DNA of 64,000 nt. It comes from Spirochaetota bacterium (GTDB taxonomy: Bacteria > Spirochaetota > UBA4802 > UBA5550). Location of the stretch: NCBI GenBank assembly GCA_035400945.1, contig DAONAJ010000010.1, forward strand, positions 1,840 through 65,839, read 5' to 3'. Within the stretch, counting starts at the first letter, position 1. The number at the start of each line of letters is the position of its first letter. Made by a program: the position numbers and the translations under genes. Shown here in pieces: positions 6,645-17,814 of this stretch. A model generated the notes under the pieces. It searched no databases, was not told the DNA's origin, and saw only the letters and a list, made by a program, of their open reading frames with translations.

Positions 6645-7832
6645 ATGAAAATCATCCCCCTGATAATTGCCATATCCCTCATAGCGGCGCTGGGCGCCGC
6701 TTCACGGCTGGATGCCGCCGGCACCGTGGGAATTTCCGGGGCGACATTTCTGGAGTACGCCATCGGGACCCGCGCCCTCGGGATGGGGGAGGCCTTCACG
6801 GCGGAAACTGACGATATCAACACGCTCTATTTCAACCCCGCTGGACTCGGATCCCTGAAATATCCCCAGATGGCCCTTTTCCACCACGAGCTGATCATGG
6901 AGTCGCGCCTTGAAAACATTACTCTCGCGTATCCGATAAAAAAATACGGTTATATCGCAGTTGCCAATACTGTGTTCTGGACCCCAGAATTCGACAAAAT
7001 CGACATCAACGGCATCGATGTGGGCAACGTGCAGTTTTACAATGGATGCCTCACCGTCGGTTACGGGTATGATTTTACCTATTTCTACTTCGGCGCGTCC
7101 GCCAAATATATATACCAGAAGATCGACACGAAAATGGTCCATGCCTTTGCCATGGATTTCGGCATTATGAAGGGCTTCAAGATGTGGACCCCCTTTGACG
7201 CGCCGCTGAGGAACTTCCACATCGGTCTTTCGGTGCTGAACCTCGGGACCAGGGTCATGAGCAGCGAGCTTCCCCGCCATATACGCCTCGGGTTTTCATA
7301 CAAGCCGCTCCACTGGATGGGGCTGAATGTCGATTTGATTGAAAACTGCGTCAGGGCGGACGACCTTGTCGATTTCACCCACGGTTTCAATGAGAGCTTC
7401 AGGATGAACATCGGCATAGAGTTCAACTACCTCGATCTGCTGTATATCAGGGGGGGGTGGCGCTTCAACGATACCGGGACCTATACCGTCGGGCTCGGCT
7501 TCAACTATGTCATAAAGAACGTTTCCTTCACCATCGACGCATCCTTCGCCGATGCGGGCGATTTCAATCCGACCTATTCCTTCAATGTCGGCTTCAAGCT
7601 GATCCCGAAAGTTGTCACCATAGAAGACCGCAAAAAGGCGGAAGAGCATTATAAAAAGGGGATCAAGGCATACGTCGGTGACGATATTGACGGGGCCATA
7701 AAGGAATTCAAGACAACCAAGGATTACAACCCGTACCACCGGAATATCGATAAGAAGATTGACGATCTCGAGGAGATCCTGGAGCTCAAGAGGCAGAACA
7801 AGCTGGAAGAGGAGAAGGAAAATGAGAGATAG
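6645..7832 (+). CDS. Outer-membrane beta-barrel protein (PorV / UPF0164-like N-terminal motif) with a charged helical C-terminal tail
   Basis: Signal peptide, then GARALGMGEAFTAETDDINTLYFNPAGLG and alternating aromatic strands. The C-terminus is AEEHYKKGIKAYVGDDIDGAIKEFKTT..., which is TPR-like or coiled. Confidence 0.6.
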   Translation: MKIIPLIIAISLIAALGAASRLDAAGTVGISGATFLEYAIGTRALGMGEAFTAETDDINTLYFNPAGLGSLKYPQMALFHHELIMESRLENITLAYPIKKYGYIAVANTVFWTPEFDKIDINGIDVGNVQFYNGCLTVGYGYDFTYFYFGASAKYIYQKIDTKMVHAFAMDFGIMKGFKMWTPFDAPLRNFHIGLSVLNLGTRVMSSELPRHIRLGFSYKPLHWMGLNVDLIENCVRADDLVDFTHGFNESFRMNIGIEFNYLDLLYIRGGWRFNDTGTYTVGLGFNYVIKNVSFTIDASFADAGDFNPTYSFNVGFKLIPKVVTIEDRKKAEEHYKKGIKAYVGDDIDGAIKEFKTTKDYNPYHRNIDKKIDDLEEILELKRQNKLEEEKENER

Positions 7833-8526
7833 CGGAAGAAAAAACGGCCAGCTGCGCGACATCAGGATAACCGTAGATTTCTGTCCCGCGGCCTGCGGCT
7901 CCGTGCTTCTCGAGCTGGGGAACACCAGGGTTATTTGCGCTGCCAGCGTGGGCGACAACGTCCCCGACCATGCCGTAAAATGGGGGACCGGGTGGATTAC
8001 GGCGGAATATTCCCTGCTTCCCTATTCGACGCCGCAGCGCACGGGTAGGGATCTCTATCGGCGAGACGGGCGTTCCGTTGAAATACAGCGCCTGATTGCC
8101 CGGGCGCTGCGGAGCGTTGTCGACCTTTCCGCGCTGCAGAACTGCCTTGTCACCGTGGATTGCGATGTCCTGCAGGCGGACGGGGGAACGCGCACGGCCG
8201 CCATTACCGGAGGATATATAGCCCTGGCACGGGCGGTGAACCGCATGCGCGGAGAAGGTCTGGTGGCCGCTAGCCCCCTCCGGGGAGCCGTGGCAGCCGT
8301 TTCAGTCGGCTATGTCGGCGGGGACCTGTATCTTGACCTGGATTTCAGGGAGGATTCCCGCGCCGAGGTAGACATGAACGTGGTCATGGACGGCGCATCT
8401 AACATCATCGAGGTGCAGGGAACGGCGGAAAAAAAATCCTTTACGAAGAAACAGCTGGATTCAATGATTGAGATGGCCGAGAAGGGAATCCATGAGCTCA
8501 TGGAGATCCAGAAGTCTTATATCTGA
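7822..8526 (+). CDS. rph: Ribonuclease PH
   Basis: MRDSGRKNGQLRDIRIT...GSVLLELGNTRVICAASV...CDVLQADGGTRTAAITGG. The start is set at the internal ATG of the 7759 ORF. Confidence 0.9.
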   Translation: MRDSGRKNGQLRDIRITVDFCPAACGSVLLELGNTRVICAASVGDNVPDHAVKWGTGWITAEYSLLPYSTPQRTGRDLYRRDGRSVEIQRLIARALRSVVDLSALQNCLVTVDCDVLQADGGTRTAAITGGYIALARAVNRMRGEGLVAASPLRGAVAAVSVGYVGGDLYLDLDFREDSRAEVDMNVVMDGASNIIEVQGTAEKKSFTKKQLDSMIEMAEKGIHELMEIQKSYI

Positions 8527-8532
8527 AACAAG

Positions 8533-8991
8533 GTGCGTATGAAATATTTCAAACTGTTGCCGGCATTGCTCATGGTCATCATCGCGGCCCTGCCCGTTGC
8601 CGGCATTGAAACCTATAAAATAATTATTGTCAATACAAAGGGAGTCCCGGTGCCGCTCCAGGTGGAACTGGCGGACACGGAGCCTCTGAGGATGAAGGGC
8701 CTCATGGGGCGAAAAACCATGAGAGAAGACAGGGGCATGCTCTTTGTCTTTGACCGGGAACAGAAGATGAACTTCTGGATGAAAAACACCTATATACCGC
8801 TGAGTATCGCCTATATAAACAAAATCGGCGTGATAAACGAGATAAGGGATATGAAGCCACTGGACACATCCGTGACCTATCCCTCGGCCATGCCGGCGCT
8901 CTACGCCCTGGAAGTCAACCAGGGCTGGTTTGCCAGGAACAATATAACGAAAGGCTGCAGAATCGTTCTCGATGGATGCGTCAGTAAATAG
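8533..8991 (+). CDS. DUF192 family protein (secreted)
   Basis: MKGLMGRKTMREDRGMLFVF...MNFWMKNTYIPLSIAYI...ALEVNQGWF. The start is either GTG at 8533 or ATG at 8539. Confidence 0.7.
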   Translation: MRMKYFKLLPALLMVIIAALPVAGIETYKIIIVNTKGVPVPLQVELADTEPLRMKGLMGRKTMREDRGMLFVFDREQKMNFWMKNTYIPLSIAYINKIGVINEIRDMKPLDTSVTYPSAMPALYALEVNQGWFARNNITKGCRIVLDGCVSK

Positions 8992-10141
8992 GATCCCTTC
9001 TTCAAAGGATGAGCGGGCGCTGATCCTGGGCATCCGCCTCCACGGGGCCGATGAGGAAGAACTCGAAAATTCCCTCGATGAACTGGAACTCCTGGTGCGA
9101 ACCGCCGGCGCCATCGTCGTGACCAAGCAGATCATCAAGCGCGACCGCATTGACCCTGCCTATATCATAGGCAAGGGGTTCCTCGCCGAACTGGACGGCA
9201 TAATTGCCGGACACAGGATTCGGCTGGTGGTTTTTGACCTCAATAATATCCGTCCCGCCCAGGTGCGGAACCTCGAGGACAGGCTGAAATGCCGCGTCAT
9301 CGGCAGGAATGAAATCATCATGGACATTTTCGCCCGCAGGGCCCGGAGCGCGGAATCCAGGATACAGGTGGAACTGGCCCAGCTCAAGTATATCCTGCCG
9401 CGTCTCAAGGGCCTCGGCGGGGTGCTGTCCCGGCTGGGCGGCGGCATCGGCACGCGGGGGCCCGGCGAAAAGATGTTGGAAACCGACCGGCGCCATATCC
9501 TGAGAAGGATATCGACCCTGAACGCCAAGCTGGAAAAGATATCGAAGCACCGCGATGTCCTGCGCAAGAGCCGGCGCAGCGAATTGATCGGCGCCGTGGT
9601 CGGCTACACCAACGCCGGGAAGTCAACGGTGATAAACTTTCTCGCCCGCGACGATCTGTTCGTCGAGGACCGCCTGTTCGCGACCCTTGATTCCTACACC
9701 CGGGCCGTGTATCTCGCCGAGGGAAAGAAGTGCCTGCTCATCGACACCGTCGGCTTCATCCGGAACCTGCCGGCGAACCTCATTGAATCATTCAAATCGA
9801 CCCTCGAGGAGATCCATAATGCCGATTTCCTGGTGCATGTCATAGATATATCATCCCATGACATCGGTTCCAATATCCGCACCGTAAACCAGGAAATATC
9901 CGGGCTCGGCTGCGCCGGCAAGGAGATCATACTGTTCTTCAACAAGGCGGACCTCCTGGCGGACGAGGCGCTGGCCAACAGCGTGAAAAACAACTACCCC
10001 GGCGCGATCGTCGGGTCAGCGGTCCGCGGCATCGGCATGGATGAATTGAAGGGCAGGATCATCGAGCTCCTTGACGGCCGTGATTCCAGGATGCATCACG
10101 GAGCTTCCCCGTCGGCATCCGCCCACACTGAAGGAGTGTAA
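8972..10141 (+). CDS. hflX: GTPase HflX
   Basis: HflX N-domain (ELAQLKYILPRLKG...GPGEKMLETDRR) and G-domain (GYTNAGKST, DTVGF, NKAD). Confidence 0.9.
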   Translation: MDASVNRIPSSKDERALILGIRLHGADEEELENSLDELELLVRTAGAIVVTKQIIKRDRIDPAYIIGKGFLAELDGIIAGHRIRLVVFDLNNIRPAQVRNLEDRLKCRVIGRNEIIMDIFARRARSAESRIQVELAQLKYILPRLKGLGGVLSRLGGGIGTRGPGEKMLETDRRHILRRISTLNAKLEKISKHRDVLRKSRRSELIGAVVGYTNAGKSTVINFLARDDLFVEDRLFATLDSYTRAVYLAEGKKCLLIDTVGFIRNLPANLIESFKSTLEEIHNADFLVHVIDISSHDIGSNIRTVNQEISGLGCAGKEIILFFNKADLLADEALANSVKNNYPGAIVGSAVRGIGMDELKGRIIELLDGRDSRMHHGASPSASAHTEGV

Positions 10142-10143
10142 AG

Positions 10144-10581
10144 ATGTTCATTGTAACGGAAATCACCGAGGGGGATTTGACGGGGCTGGCCGGGCTCTAC
10201 GAGCAGCTGGCAAACAAGCCGGTGAACAGGTCTGCCATGAAGGAGACCTTCGAGAAAATCCGGGAGAGCGGCGATTATTATCTCCTCGGGGCAAAGGCGG
10301 AGGGCAACCTCCTGGTGGGGACCGCCATGGCCGTAGTCTGCCACGACATGGTCAAGGAGTGCCGGCCCTTCATGATACTGGAGAATTTCATTGTCGACAG
10401 GGACTGGCGCCGCAGGGGCGTGGGTTCCCTGCTGATGCGTGAGGCTGAAGCCATCGGCAGGGAGCGGAATTGCCTCTTTGTCCAGTTCTGCTCGTCTTCG
10501 TTCCGCACCGGCGCCCACGCCTTTTACCGGGAATCCGGGTATGATCCGGGGGAAGTCAAAGGCTTCCGGAAGTATTTCTAG
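10144..10581 (+). CDS. GNAT family N-acetyltransferase
   Basis: IVDRDWRRRGVGSLLMREAE acetyl-CoA binding motif; size is typical for the family. Confidence 0.75.
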   Translation: MFIVTEITEGDLTGLAGLYEQLANKPVNRSAMKETFEKIRESGDYYLLGAKAEGNLLVGTAMAVVCHDMVKECRPFMILENFIVDRDWRRRGVGSLLMREAEAIGRERNCLFVQFCSSSFRTGAHAFYRESGYDPGEVKGFRKYF

Positions 10582-10590
10582 CGCCAGGGG

Positions 10591-10630
10591 CTGCCACCCC
10601 GCCGTTGCCGGCGGGCGGGCAGTATATTTT
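10591..10630 (+). terminator. Rho-independent terminator after the GNAT gene
   Basis: CTGCCaCCCCGCCG-ttgc-CGGCGGGcGGGCAG followed by tatatttt. Confidence 0.7.
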
Positions 10631-10773
10631 GGTTGAAATTTCAACGGGTGATTTATTATTGACGGAAAAGTTTCATGTCAGTTAAATATCCGCGGAATAT
10701 TTATTGGTAACTTCACTTCTTAAATAATTACTGACAAATAACGCCTATGAGACCTGATCGCAAGGATTAAACC

Positions 10774-13524
10774 ATGATCGATAAAATATTAAGCATATTC
10801 TTCGGCACCAAGCATGAGCGGGACGTCAAGAAGCTGTGGCCCATTGTGCACAAAATCAACGCCCTCGAGCCGGAGATGAAAAAGCTCACCAACGACGAAA
10901 TGCGCGCCATGACCTCGAAGTTCCGCCAGCGCATAGAGAAGGGTGAGTCCCTCGACAGCCTGCTTCCCGAAGCCTTCGCCCTGACCCGTGAGGCCTCGGT
11001 GAGGACCCTTGGCATGAGGCATTTTGACGTGCAGATGATGGGAGGCATCGTGCTCCATCAGGGCAGGATCACCGAGATGAAGACCGGTGAAGGAAAGACC
11101 CTGGTCGCGACGCTCCCGGTATACCTGAACGCCCTCGGCGGCCACGGCGTACATGTCGTCACCGTCAACGACTACCTGGCCCGGCGCGACGCCGAATGGA
11201 TGGGAACCATATACAAGTTCCTGGGACTCGAGGTGGGGGTCATCCAGCATGACCTGTCGCCCTACCAGCGCCAGGTGGCCTACCGGTGCGATGTCACCTA
11301 CGGAACCAACAACGAGTTCGGTTTTGATTATCTCAGGGACAACATGGTGGAGCACCAGAGCCTCAGGGTCCAGCGGGAGCTGAATTATGCCATCGTTGAC
11401 GAGGTCGACTCGATCCTTATCGACGAAGCGCGGACGCCCCTCATTATTTCCGGATCCACCGAGGAATCCACCAAGAAATACTATCTCCTCAACAAGGTCA
11501 TCCTCAACCTGAAGGACAGGGTCGATTACGAGGTCAATGAAAAGGACCGTCACGTCACCCTGACCGAGGAAGGCGTCAACCACGTGCAGCGGCTCCTCAA
11601 GATCGACAACCTGTACGACAGCAAGCATATCGACACCCTGCACCACGTGAACCAGGCGTTGAAGGCCCACACCCTGTTCCATATCGACGAGGACTACATC
11701 GTCAAGGACGGACAGGTCATCATCGTCGACGAGTTCACCGGCCGCCTTATGCCGGGACGCCGCTATTCAGACGGCCTCCACCAGGCCCTCGAGGCCAAGG
11801 AAAACGTCACCATTGCCCGGGAAAGCCAGACCCTGGCCACGATCACCTTCCAGAACTTTTTCCGCATGTACAAAAAGCTGGGGGGCATGACCGGTACCGC
11901 GGACACGGAAGCGGTCGAATTCCAGAAGATCTACAAGCTCGATGTCGTGGTCATCCCCACGAACATGCCGATGATACGGAAAGACTATCCGGACCGGGTA
12001 TACCGGACAGAGCGGGAGAAATACGACGCAATCATCCAGGAGATCCGCGAGCTTAACAGCAAGGGACAGCCGATCCTGGTCGGCACCATTTCCATAGACA
12101 AATCGGAAAAACTGTCGCGCCTCCTCCAGTCGAAGGGCATCATGCATAACGTGCTGAACGCGAAATTCCACGAGCACGAGGCGCGCATCATCGCCGAGGC
12201 CGGCCGACCCGGCGCCGTGACCATCGCCACGAACATGGCAGGCCGCGGTACCGACATCGTCCTGGGGGGCCGCAGACTCTACGTAGACGAGCTGGAATCA
12301 CACGTGCCGGTCCATGACGCAGGCCTCTGGAACGACTTCAAGCTGGCGGTGCTGACGTCGGATTTCGACAGGGCGGAACAGCTTGCAGAGCGGATGACGG
12401 GGCAGGACAAACACAAGGCAAAAACCCTGGTCCGCGAAGGGCGCGAATGGAACATCAACCACAATAAAGTCGTCGAGGCGGGAGGCCTCCATATCCTCGG
12501 CACGGAGCGGCACGAAGCCCGGCGTATCGACAACCAGCTCCGGGGCCGGTCCGGCCGTCAGGGGGACCCCGGTTCTTCCCGGTTTTACCTCGCCCTCGAG
12601 GACGAGCTGATGCGCCTCTTCGGATCGGAGCGCATAGGCAACATCATGCAGCGTCTCGGCATGGAGGAAGGGCAGGAGATCGAGAGCCCCATGGTGACCA
12701 AGGCCATTGCCAGCGCCCAGAAACGGGTGGAGGGCCGCAACTTCGAAATCAGGAAGCACCTCCTCGAATACGACGACGTCATGAATTCCCAGCGTGAGTT
12801 CATATATAAGGAGCGCGATGAGATCCTCCTCGGAGAGGATATATCCTATAAATTCTCGTCATATATAGAGGACATATGCAAGGAAAAGCTGGAAGTATTC
12901 ACCGGAGGTAAGGCCCATCCTGAAGAATGGGATCTCGACGGTCTCGCGAACTGGATGCGCTTCAAGTTCGGCGTCGATGTGGATTTCGCAGAGATCAGCC
13001 CTATGGAAATGCGCTACGCTGAGTTCGAGGAAGCCATCATCAACAAGCTGAAGAACGCCTACAAGGAAAAGGAGTCCCAGCTGGGCGAAAAGGACATGCG
13101 CGCCCTCGAGCGGATGATATCATTGCAGATTATCGATACCAAGTGGCGCGATCACCTTTATAACATGGACGAGATGAGGGACGGCATCTGGACCCTGAGC
13201 TACGGGGAACGGAACCCGCTGGTGGAGTACAAAATCCAGGGTTTCAACCTGTTCCGAGACATGCTCGCCACCCTGAAGGAGGATATACTGGAGTACCTCA
13301 TGAGGGTCCAGGTGGAGCGTGTTGAAGAGGAAGCTCCCCCGCAGCCGTCGGCGGAAATCATCGGCAGCGAATTCCATGCCGAGGTCGAGCAGTTCGGCGC
13401 GGGCGGGATCCCCCTTTCGTCCCAGGCGGCGCCGGTCCGCAAGCCCGCGGAACAGCAAAAGGGACAACACCAGGAAACGGTTGGCGGCGTCAAGCGCAAG
13501 AAGAGCCGCCGTAACAGAAGGTAG
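10774..13524 (+). CDS. secA: Preprotein translocase ATPase SecA
   Basis: Full-length SecA motifs ([43 protein letters not shown]). It has a basic C-terminus with no Zn finger. Confidence 0.95.
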   Translation: MIDKILSIFFGTKHERDVKKLWPIVHKINALEPEMKKLTNDEMRAMTSKFRQRIEKGESLDSLLPEAFALTREASVRTLGMRHFDVQMMGGIVLHQGRITEMKTGEGKTLVATLPVYLNALGGHGVHVVTVNDYLARRDAEWMGTIYKFLGLEVGVIQHDLSPYQRQVAYRCDVTYGTNNEFGFDYLRDNMVEHQSLRVQRELNYAIVDEVDSILIDEARTPLIISGSTEESTKKYYLLNKVILNLKDRVDYEVNEKDRHVTLTEEGVNHVQRLLKIDNLYDSKHIDTLHHVNQALKAHTLFHIDEDYIVKDGQVIIVDEFTGRLMPGRRYSDGLHQALEAKENVTIARESQTLATITFQNFFRMYKKLGGMTGTADTEAVEFQKIYKLDVVVIPTNMPMIRKDYPDRVYRTEREKYDAIIQEIRELNSKGQPILVGTISIDKSEKLSRLLQSKGIMHNVLNAKFHEHEARIIAEAGRPGAVTIATNMAGRGTDIVLGGRRLYVDELESHVPVHDAGLWNDFKLAVLTSDFDRAEQLAERMTGQDKHKAKTLVREGREWNINHNKVVEAGGLHILGTERHEARRIDNQLRGRSGRQGDPGSSRFYLALEDELMRLFGSERIGNIMQRLGMEEGQEIESPMVTKAIASAQKRVEGRNFEIRKHLLEYDDVMNSQREFIYKERDEILLGEDISYKFSSYIEDICKEKLEVFTGGKAHPEEWDLDGLANWMRFKFGVDVDFAEISPMEMRYAEFEEAIINKLKNAYKEKESQLGEKDMRALERMISLQIIDTKWRDHLYNMDEMRDGIWTLSYGERNPLVEYKIQGFNLFRDMLATLKEDILEYLMRVQVERVEEEAPPQPSAEIIGSEFHAEVEQFGAGGIPLSSQAAPVRKPAEQQKGQHQETVGGVKRKKSRRNRR

Positions 13525-13528
13525 GCCC

Positions 13529-14896
13529 ATGTCATCGGTATTGATGAAGAGCGTTTCAGGGATCAGGGGCATTGTGGGCGACTCGGTGACCCCGGACCTC
13601 ATCACTAAAGTGGGATCGGCTTTTGCCGGGTACTGCGGATACGGAACGGTGGTCATCGGCAGGGATTCCCGTCCGACCGGAGCGGCCATTGAGAAGGGGC
13701 TGGAATCGGCCCTCATGCTGTCGGGGTGCAACGTCGTGAACATCGGTATAGTGCCGACACCCACCGTCCAGGTCATGGTTGAGCACCTCCATGCCGCCGG
13801 GGGGATCGTGATATCAGCCTCCCATAACCCCGTGGAATGGAACGCCTTCAAGCTTGTCGGTAAATCCGGCACCTTTCTCACCGCCTCGGAGATAGAAAAA
13901 TTCTTTGCCATGATGGAAGCGCCCTTCACCTACCGGCGCTGGGACGGCGTGGGATCGGTCGTTGCCGACGCCGGGGCTAACGCAATACACATCGGGAAAG
14001 TGCTCTCCGTCATAGACCGGGACAGTATCAGTAAAAAGAAATTCAAGGTGGTCCTTGATTCGGTGAACGGTGCCGGCTCGGATATAACCACCGACATGCT
14101 GCGGAAACTCGGCTGCGGCGTTGTGCCGCTCCATTGCGAAATGAACGGCCTCTTTCCCCGCGGCGCGGAACCTCTGCCGCAGAACCTCTCTTTGTTGTCA
14201 AAGAAAGTCCTCGATGTTAAGGCGGATATAGGCTTTGCCCAGGATCCCGACGCTGACCGGCTCGCCATTGTGGATGACGCGGGCAGGCCCATCGGCGAGG
14301 AAAACACCATCGCCCTGGTGGTGGAGCACCTGCTGGCCAGGAAGCCGGGGAGGGTTGTCATCAACCTGTCAACCACCAAGGCGGTCGATGACATTGCGGC
14401 CGCGCACGGTTCAGAGCTCGCCCGGGCCAAGGTCGGTGAAATCAATGTCGTCGAGGAGATGATGCGCGGCGGCGCCCGCATCGGCGGCGAAGGTAACGGC
14501 GGGGTCATTTCCCCCGAGGTGCACCTCGGCAGGGACAGCCTCGTCGGCATCGGCTATATACTGGAGATGATGGCAGTGCGTTCCCAATCGATCTCGGAAC
14601 TCGTAGCGTCGCTGCCGCGTTATATCATGAAAAAGGGAAGCATCAAGCTTGCCGGGGCAGGCATTGATCCGTCGATACTGAAACGGCTAGAAAAGGAGTT
14701 TGATACCCAGAAAATATCGAATATTGACGGTCTTCGCATCGAATTTATTGCACCCCATGAGTTCGCCGGCGGCTGGGTGCACCTGCGGCCCTCAAACACC
14801 GAACCCATTTTCAGGATCATCTCCGAGGGTAGGGATGAAGCCCACGCCGCAGCCATATACAGCCATTTCGAGCAGATATTAAAACCCGGGATTTAA
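13529..14896 (+). CDS. Phosphohexomutase (GlmM/ManB type)
   Basis: SVSGIRGIVG, ISASHNPVEWNAFK, FAQDPDADR and GGEGNGG motifs. The start is set at the internal ATG just after the secA stop. Confidence 0.8.
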   Translation: MSSVLMKSVSGIRGIVGDSVTPDLITKVGSAFAGYCGYGTVVIGRDSRPTGAAIEKGLESALMLSGCNVVNIGIVPTPTVQVMVEHLHAAGGIVISASHNPVEWNAFKLVGKSGTFLTASEIEKFFAMMEAPFTYRRWDGVGSVVADAGANAIHIGKVLSVIDRDSISKKKFKVVLDSVNGAGSDITTDMLRKLGCGVVPLHCEMNGLFPRGAEPLPQNLSLLSKKVLDVKADIGFAQDPDADRLAIVDDAGRPIGEENTIALVVEHLLARKPGRVVINLSTTKAVDDIAAAHGSELARAKVGEINVVEEMMRGGARIGGEGNGGVISPEVHLGRDSLVGIGYILEMMAVRSQSISELVASLPRYIMKKGSIKLAGAGIDPSILKRLEKEFDTQKISNIDGLRIEFIAPHEFAGGWVHLRPSNTEPIFRIISEGRDEAHAAAIYSHFEQILKPGI

Positions 14897-14917
14897 ACCC
14901 CGGGAAAAAAACCCCAT

Positions 14918-14965
14918 ATGCCCTCTGATAGGGTGGGGCTTAAACACAACCCCTTCAGAGGGCAT
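14918..14965. terminator. Long hairpin between the mutase gene and aspS
   Basis: 11-bp perfect inverted repeat ATGCCCTCTGA / TCAGAGGGCAT, with inner GGGG/CCCC pairing. There is no T-run on the plus strand; a T7 run follows on the minus strand. Confidence 0.45.
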
Positions 14966-15071
14966 TAGCTCCTTCCCACAATTTCAGCTTGACAAATACC
15001 CCTGTTGGCCAGAATTAACTTGTTTTGATGCAACGTCTTGATTATTTTATGATTATTAAAGAAGCGGTAAC

Positions 15072-16847
15072 ATGTTTAAAAACAGATCGTATTGCGGCGA
15101 ATTGAAACAATCGGATGTCGGCCGCCGCGTTGAGCTGGCCGGCTGGGTCGAGAGCAACAGGAATCTCGGCGGGATCATATTCATCAAGCTGAGGGACGTT
15201 TCGGGCACCGTCCAGGTGGTTGTCGATTCCTCGTCGGCGCCGGATCTTCTCGCAACCGCAGACCAGGCCAGGAGCGAGTTCGTGGTTTTCATAACCGGGA
15301 CCGTGCGGAAGAGGGATGAAAAGAACATCAAGCCGGACCTGCCCACGGGCCACATAGAAATACTCTGCGAATCGCTGGTCATACTGAACGCCTCGCTGGT
15401 GCCTCCGATACCGATCGATTCGAAGGACACGCTGAACGAGGACACGCGGCTGAAATACCGCTACCTCGATCTCCGGCGCGAAGAAATGCGCGACGCAATC
15501 ATCAAGCGGCACCTGGCGGCGCAGAGCATCCGCCGTTACCTGAACAATAACCGTTTCTTCGAGATTGAAACGCCGGTGCTGAACAAGTCGACCCCCGAAG
15601 GCGCCAGGGACTTCCTGGTCCCGAGCCGCATCAGCAAGGGGGAATTCTACGCGCTGCCTCAGTCGCCGCAGCTCTTCAAGCAGATATTGATGATATCCGG
15701 GTTTGACCGGTATTACCAGATCGTCAAGTGCTTCCGCGACGAGGACCTCCGGGGAGACCGCCAGCCGGAATTCACCCAGGTCGACCTGGAGCTTTCGTTT
15801 ATCGACATGGACACCATCATCGGGGTGATTGAGGGCCTTCTGAAAGAGGTGGTGCGCGACGTCAACGGCATTGACATACCGGTGCCGTTTCCCCGCCTGA
15901 CCTACCGGGAGGCGATGGACCGCTTCGGATCCGACGCCCCTGACACCAGGTTCGGACTGGAGATAAACGACTGCAGCGACATATTCAGGAATTCAGAATT
16001 CAGCATCTTCGCCCAGGCCCTGGCGTCAGGCGGCGTCATCAAGGGCATCGCGGTCCCCGACGGCGGGAAGCTGTCCCGGAAGATGACCGACCAGTACGGG
16101 GAGGATGCCAGGGTCTTCGGCGCCAAGTCGCTCCTTATGTTCAAGTACAACAACAACGCCGCCGAGAGCGGCATCGCCAAGTACCTGAACCCGGAGGAAC
16201 TGGAGCAGCTGAAGGCGCGGTTCAACCTTTCAGGCCAGGCCTCGCTCTTTTTTGTCGCCGACAGCTATGCGACCGCATCGAGCGCCCTGGCGAGCGTCCG
16301 CGTGAAAATAGCCCGCGACCTGGGCCTCATCGATGAAAAGAAGCTGAACTTCCTCTGGGTCACGGATTTTCCCCTCTTCGAATACAGCGAGCAGGACAGG
16401 CGCTTCTATTCCAAGCACCACCCGTTCACTTCTCCCAAGGCGGAGTTCATCCCGCAGCTTGATTCCTTGAAGCCGGAACAGGCTGACAAGGTGCTCGCCC
16501 AGGCCTATGACGTGGTCCTGAACGGGGTAGAGATCGGCGGCGGGTCTATACGGATCAACAATCCGGAAGTGCAGAGCAGGATATTTTCCCTCCTCGGCAT
16601 AACAAAGGAAGAGGCCGATGAGAAGTTCTCCTTCCTGGTTGACGCCCTCAAGTACGGGGCCCCTCCCCACGGGGGCATAGCCCTTGGCCTTGACCGTGTC
16701 ATGATGATCCTCCTCGGTAAAAAATCGATACGGGACGTCATCGCGTTCCCGAAAACGACGAAAGGGCAGTGCCTTATGAGCAACGCCCCCTCGCCGGTAT
16801 CGCCGGATCAGCTTCAGGAGCTCAATTTAAAGGTGGTCGGCAAATAA
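15072..16847 (+). CDS. aspS: Aspartyl-tRNA synthetase
   Basis: Class II motifs (FRDEDLRGDRQPEFTQVD, GGGSIRI, GIALGLDR) and the bacterial insertion domain. Confidence 0.95.
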   Translation: MFKNRSYCGELKQSDVGRRVELAGWVESNRNLGGIIFIKLRDVSGTVQVVVDSSSAPDLLATADQARSEFVVFITGTVRKRDEKNIKPDLPTGHIEILCESLVILNASLVPPIPIDSKDTLNEDTRLKYRYLDLRREEMRDAIIKRHLAAQSIRRYLNNNRFFEIETPVLNKSTPEGARDFLVPSRISKGEFYALPQSPQLFKQILMISGFDRYYQIVKCFRDEDLRGDRQPEFTQVDLELSFIDMDTIIGVIEGLLKEVVRDVNGIDIPVPFPRLTYREAMDRFGSDAPDTRFGLEINDCSDIFRNSEFSIFAQALASGGVIKGIAVPDGGKLSRKMTDQYGEDARVFGAKSLLMFKYNNNAAESGIAKYLNPEELEQLKARFNLSGQASLFFVADSYATASSALASVRVKIARDLGLIDEKKLNFLWVTDFPLFEYSEQDRRFYSKHHPFTSPKAEFIPQLDSLKPEQADKVLAQAYDVVLNGVEIGGGSIRINNPEVQSRIFSLLGITKEEADEKFSFLVDALKYGAPPHGGIALGLDRVMMILLGKKSIRDVIAFPKTTKGQCLMSNAPSPVSPDQLQELNLKVVGK

Positions 16848-16848
16848 C

Positions 16849-17814
<966 letters not shown>

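Noticed and set aside
14929-14936. AGGGTGG upstream of aspS, resembling the start of the T-box consensus AGGGUGGNACCGCG.
   Set aside because: The match ends after 7 nt. The leader is only about 175 nt and has no Stem I, specifier or antiterminator architecture. The string is part of the hairpin interior.
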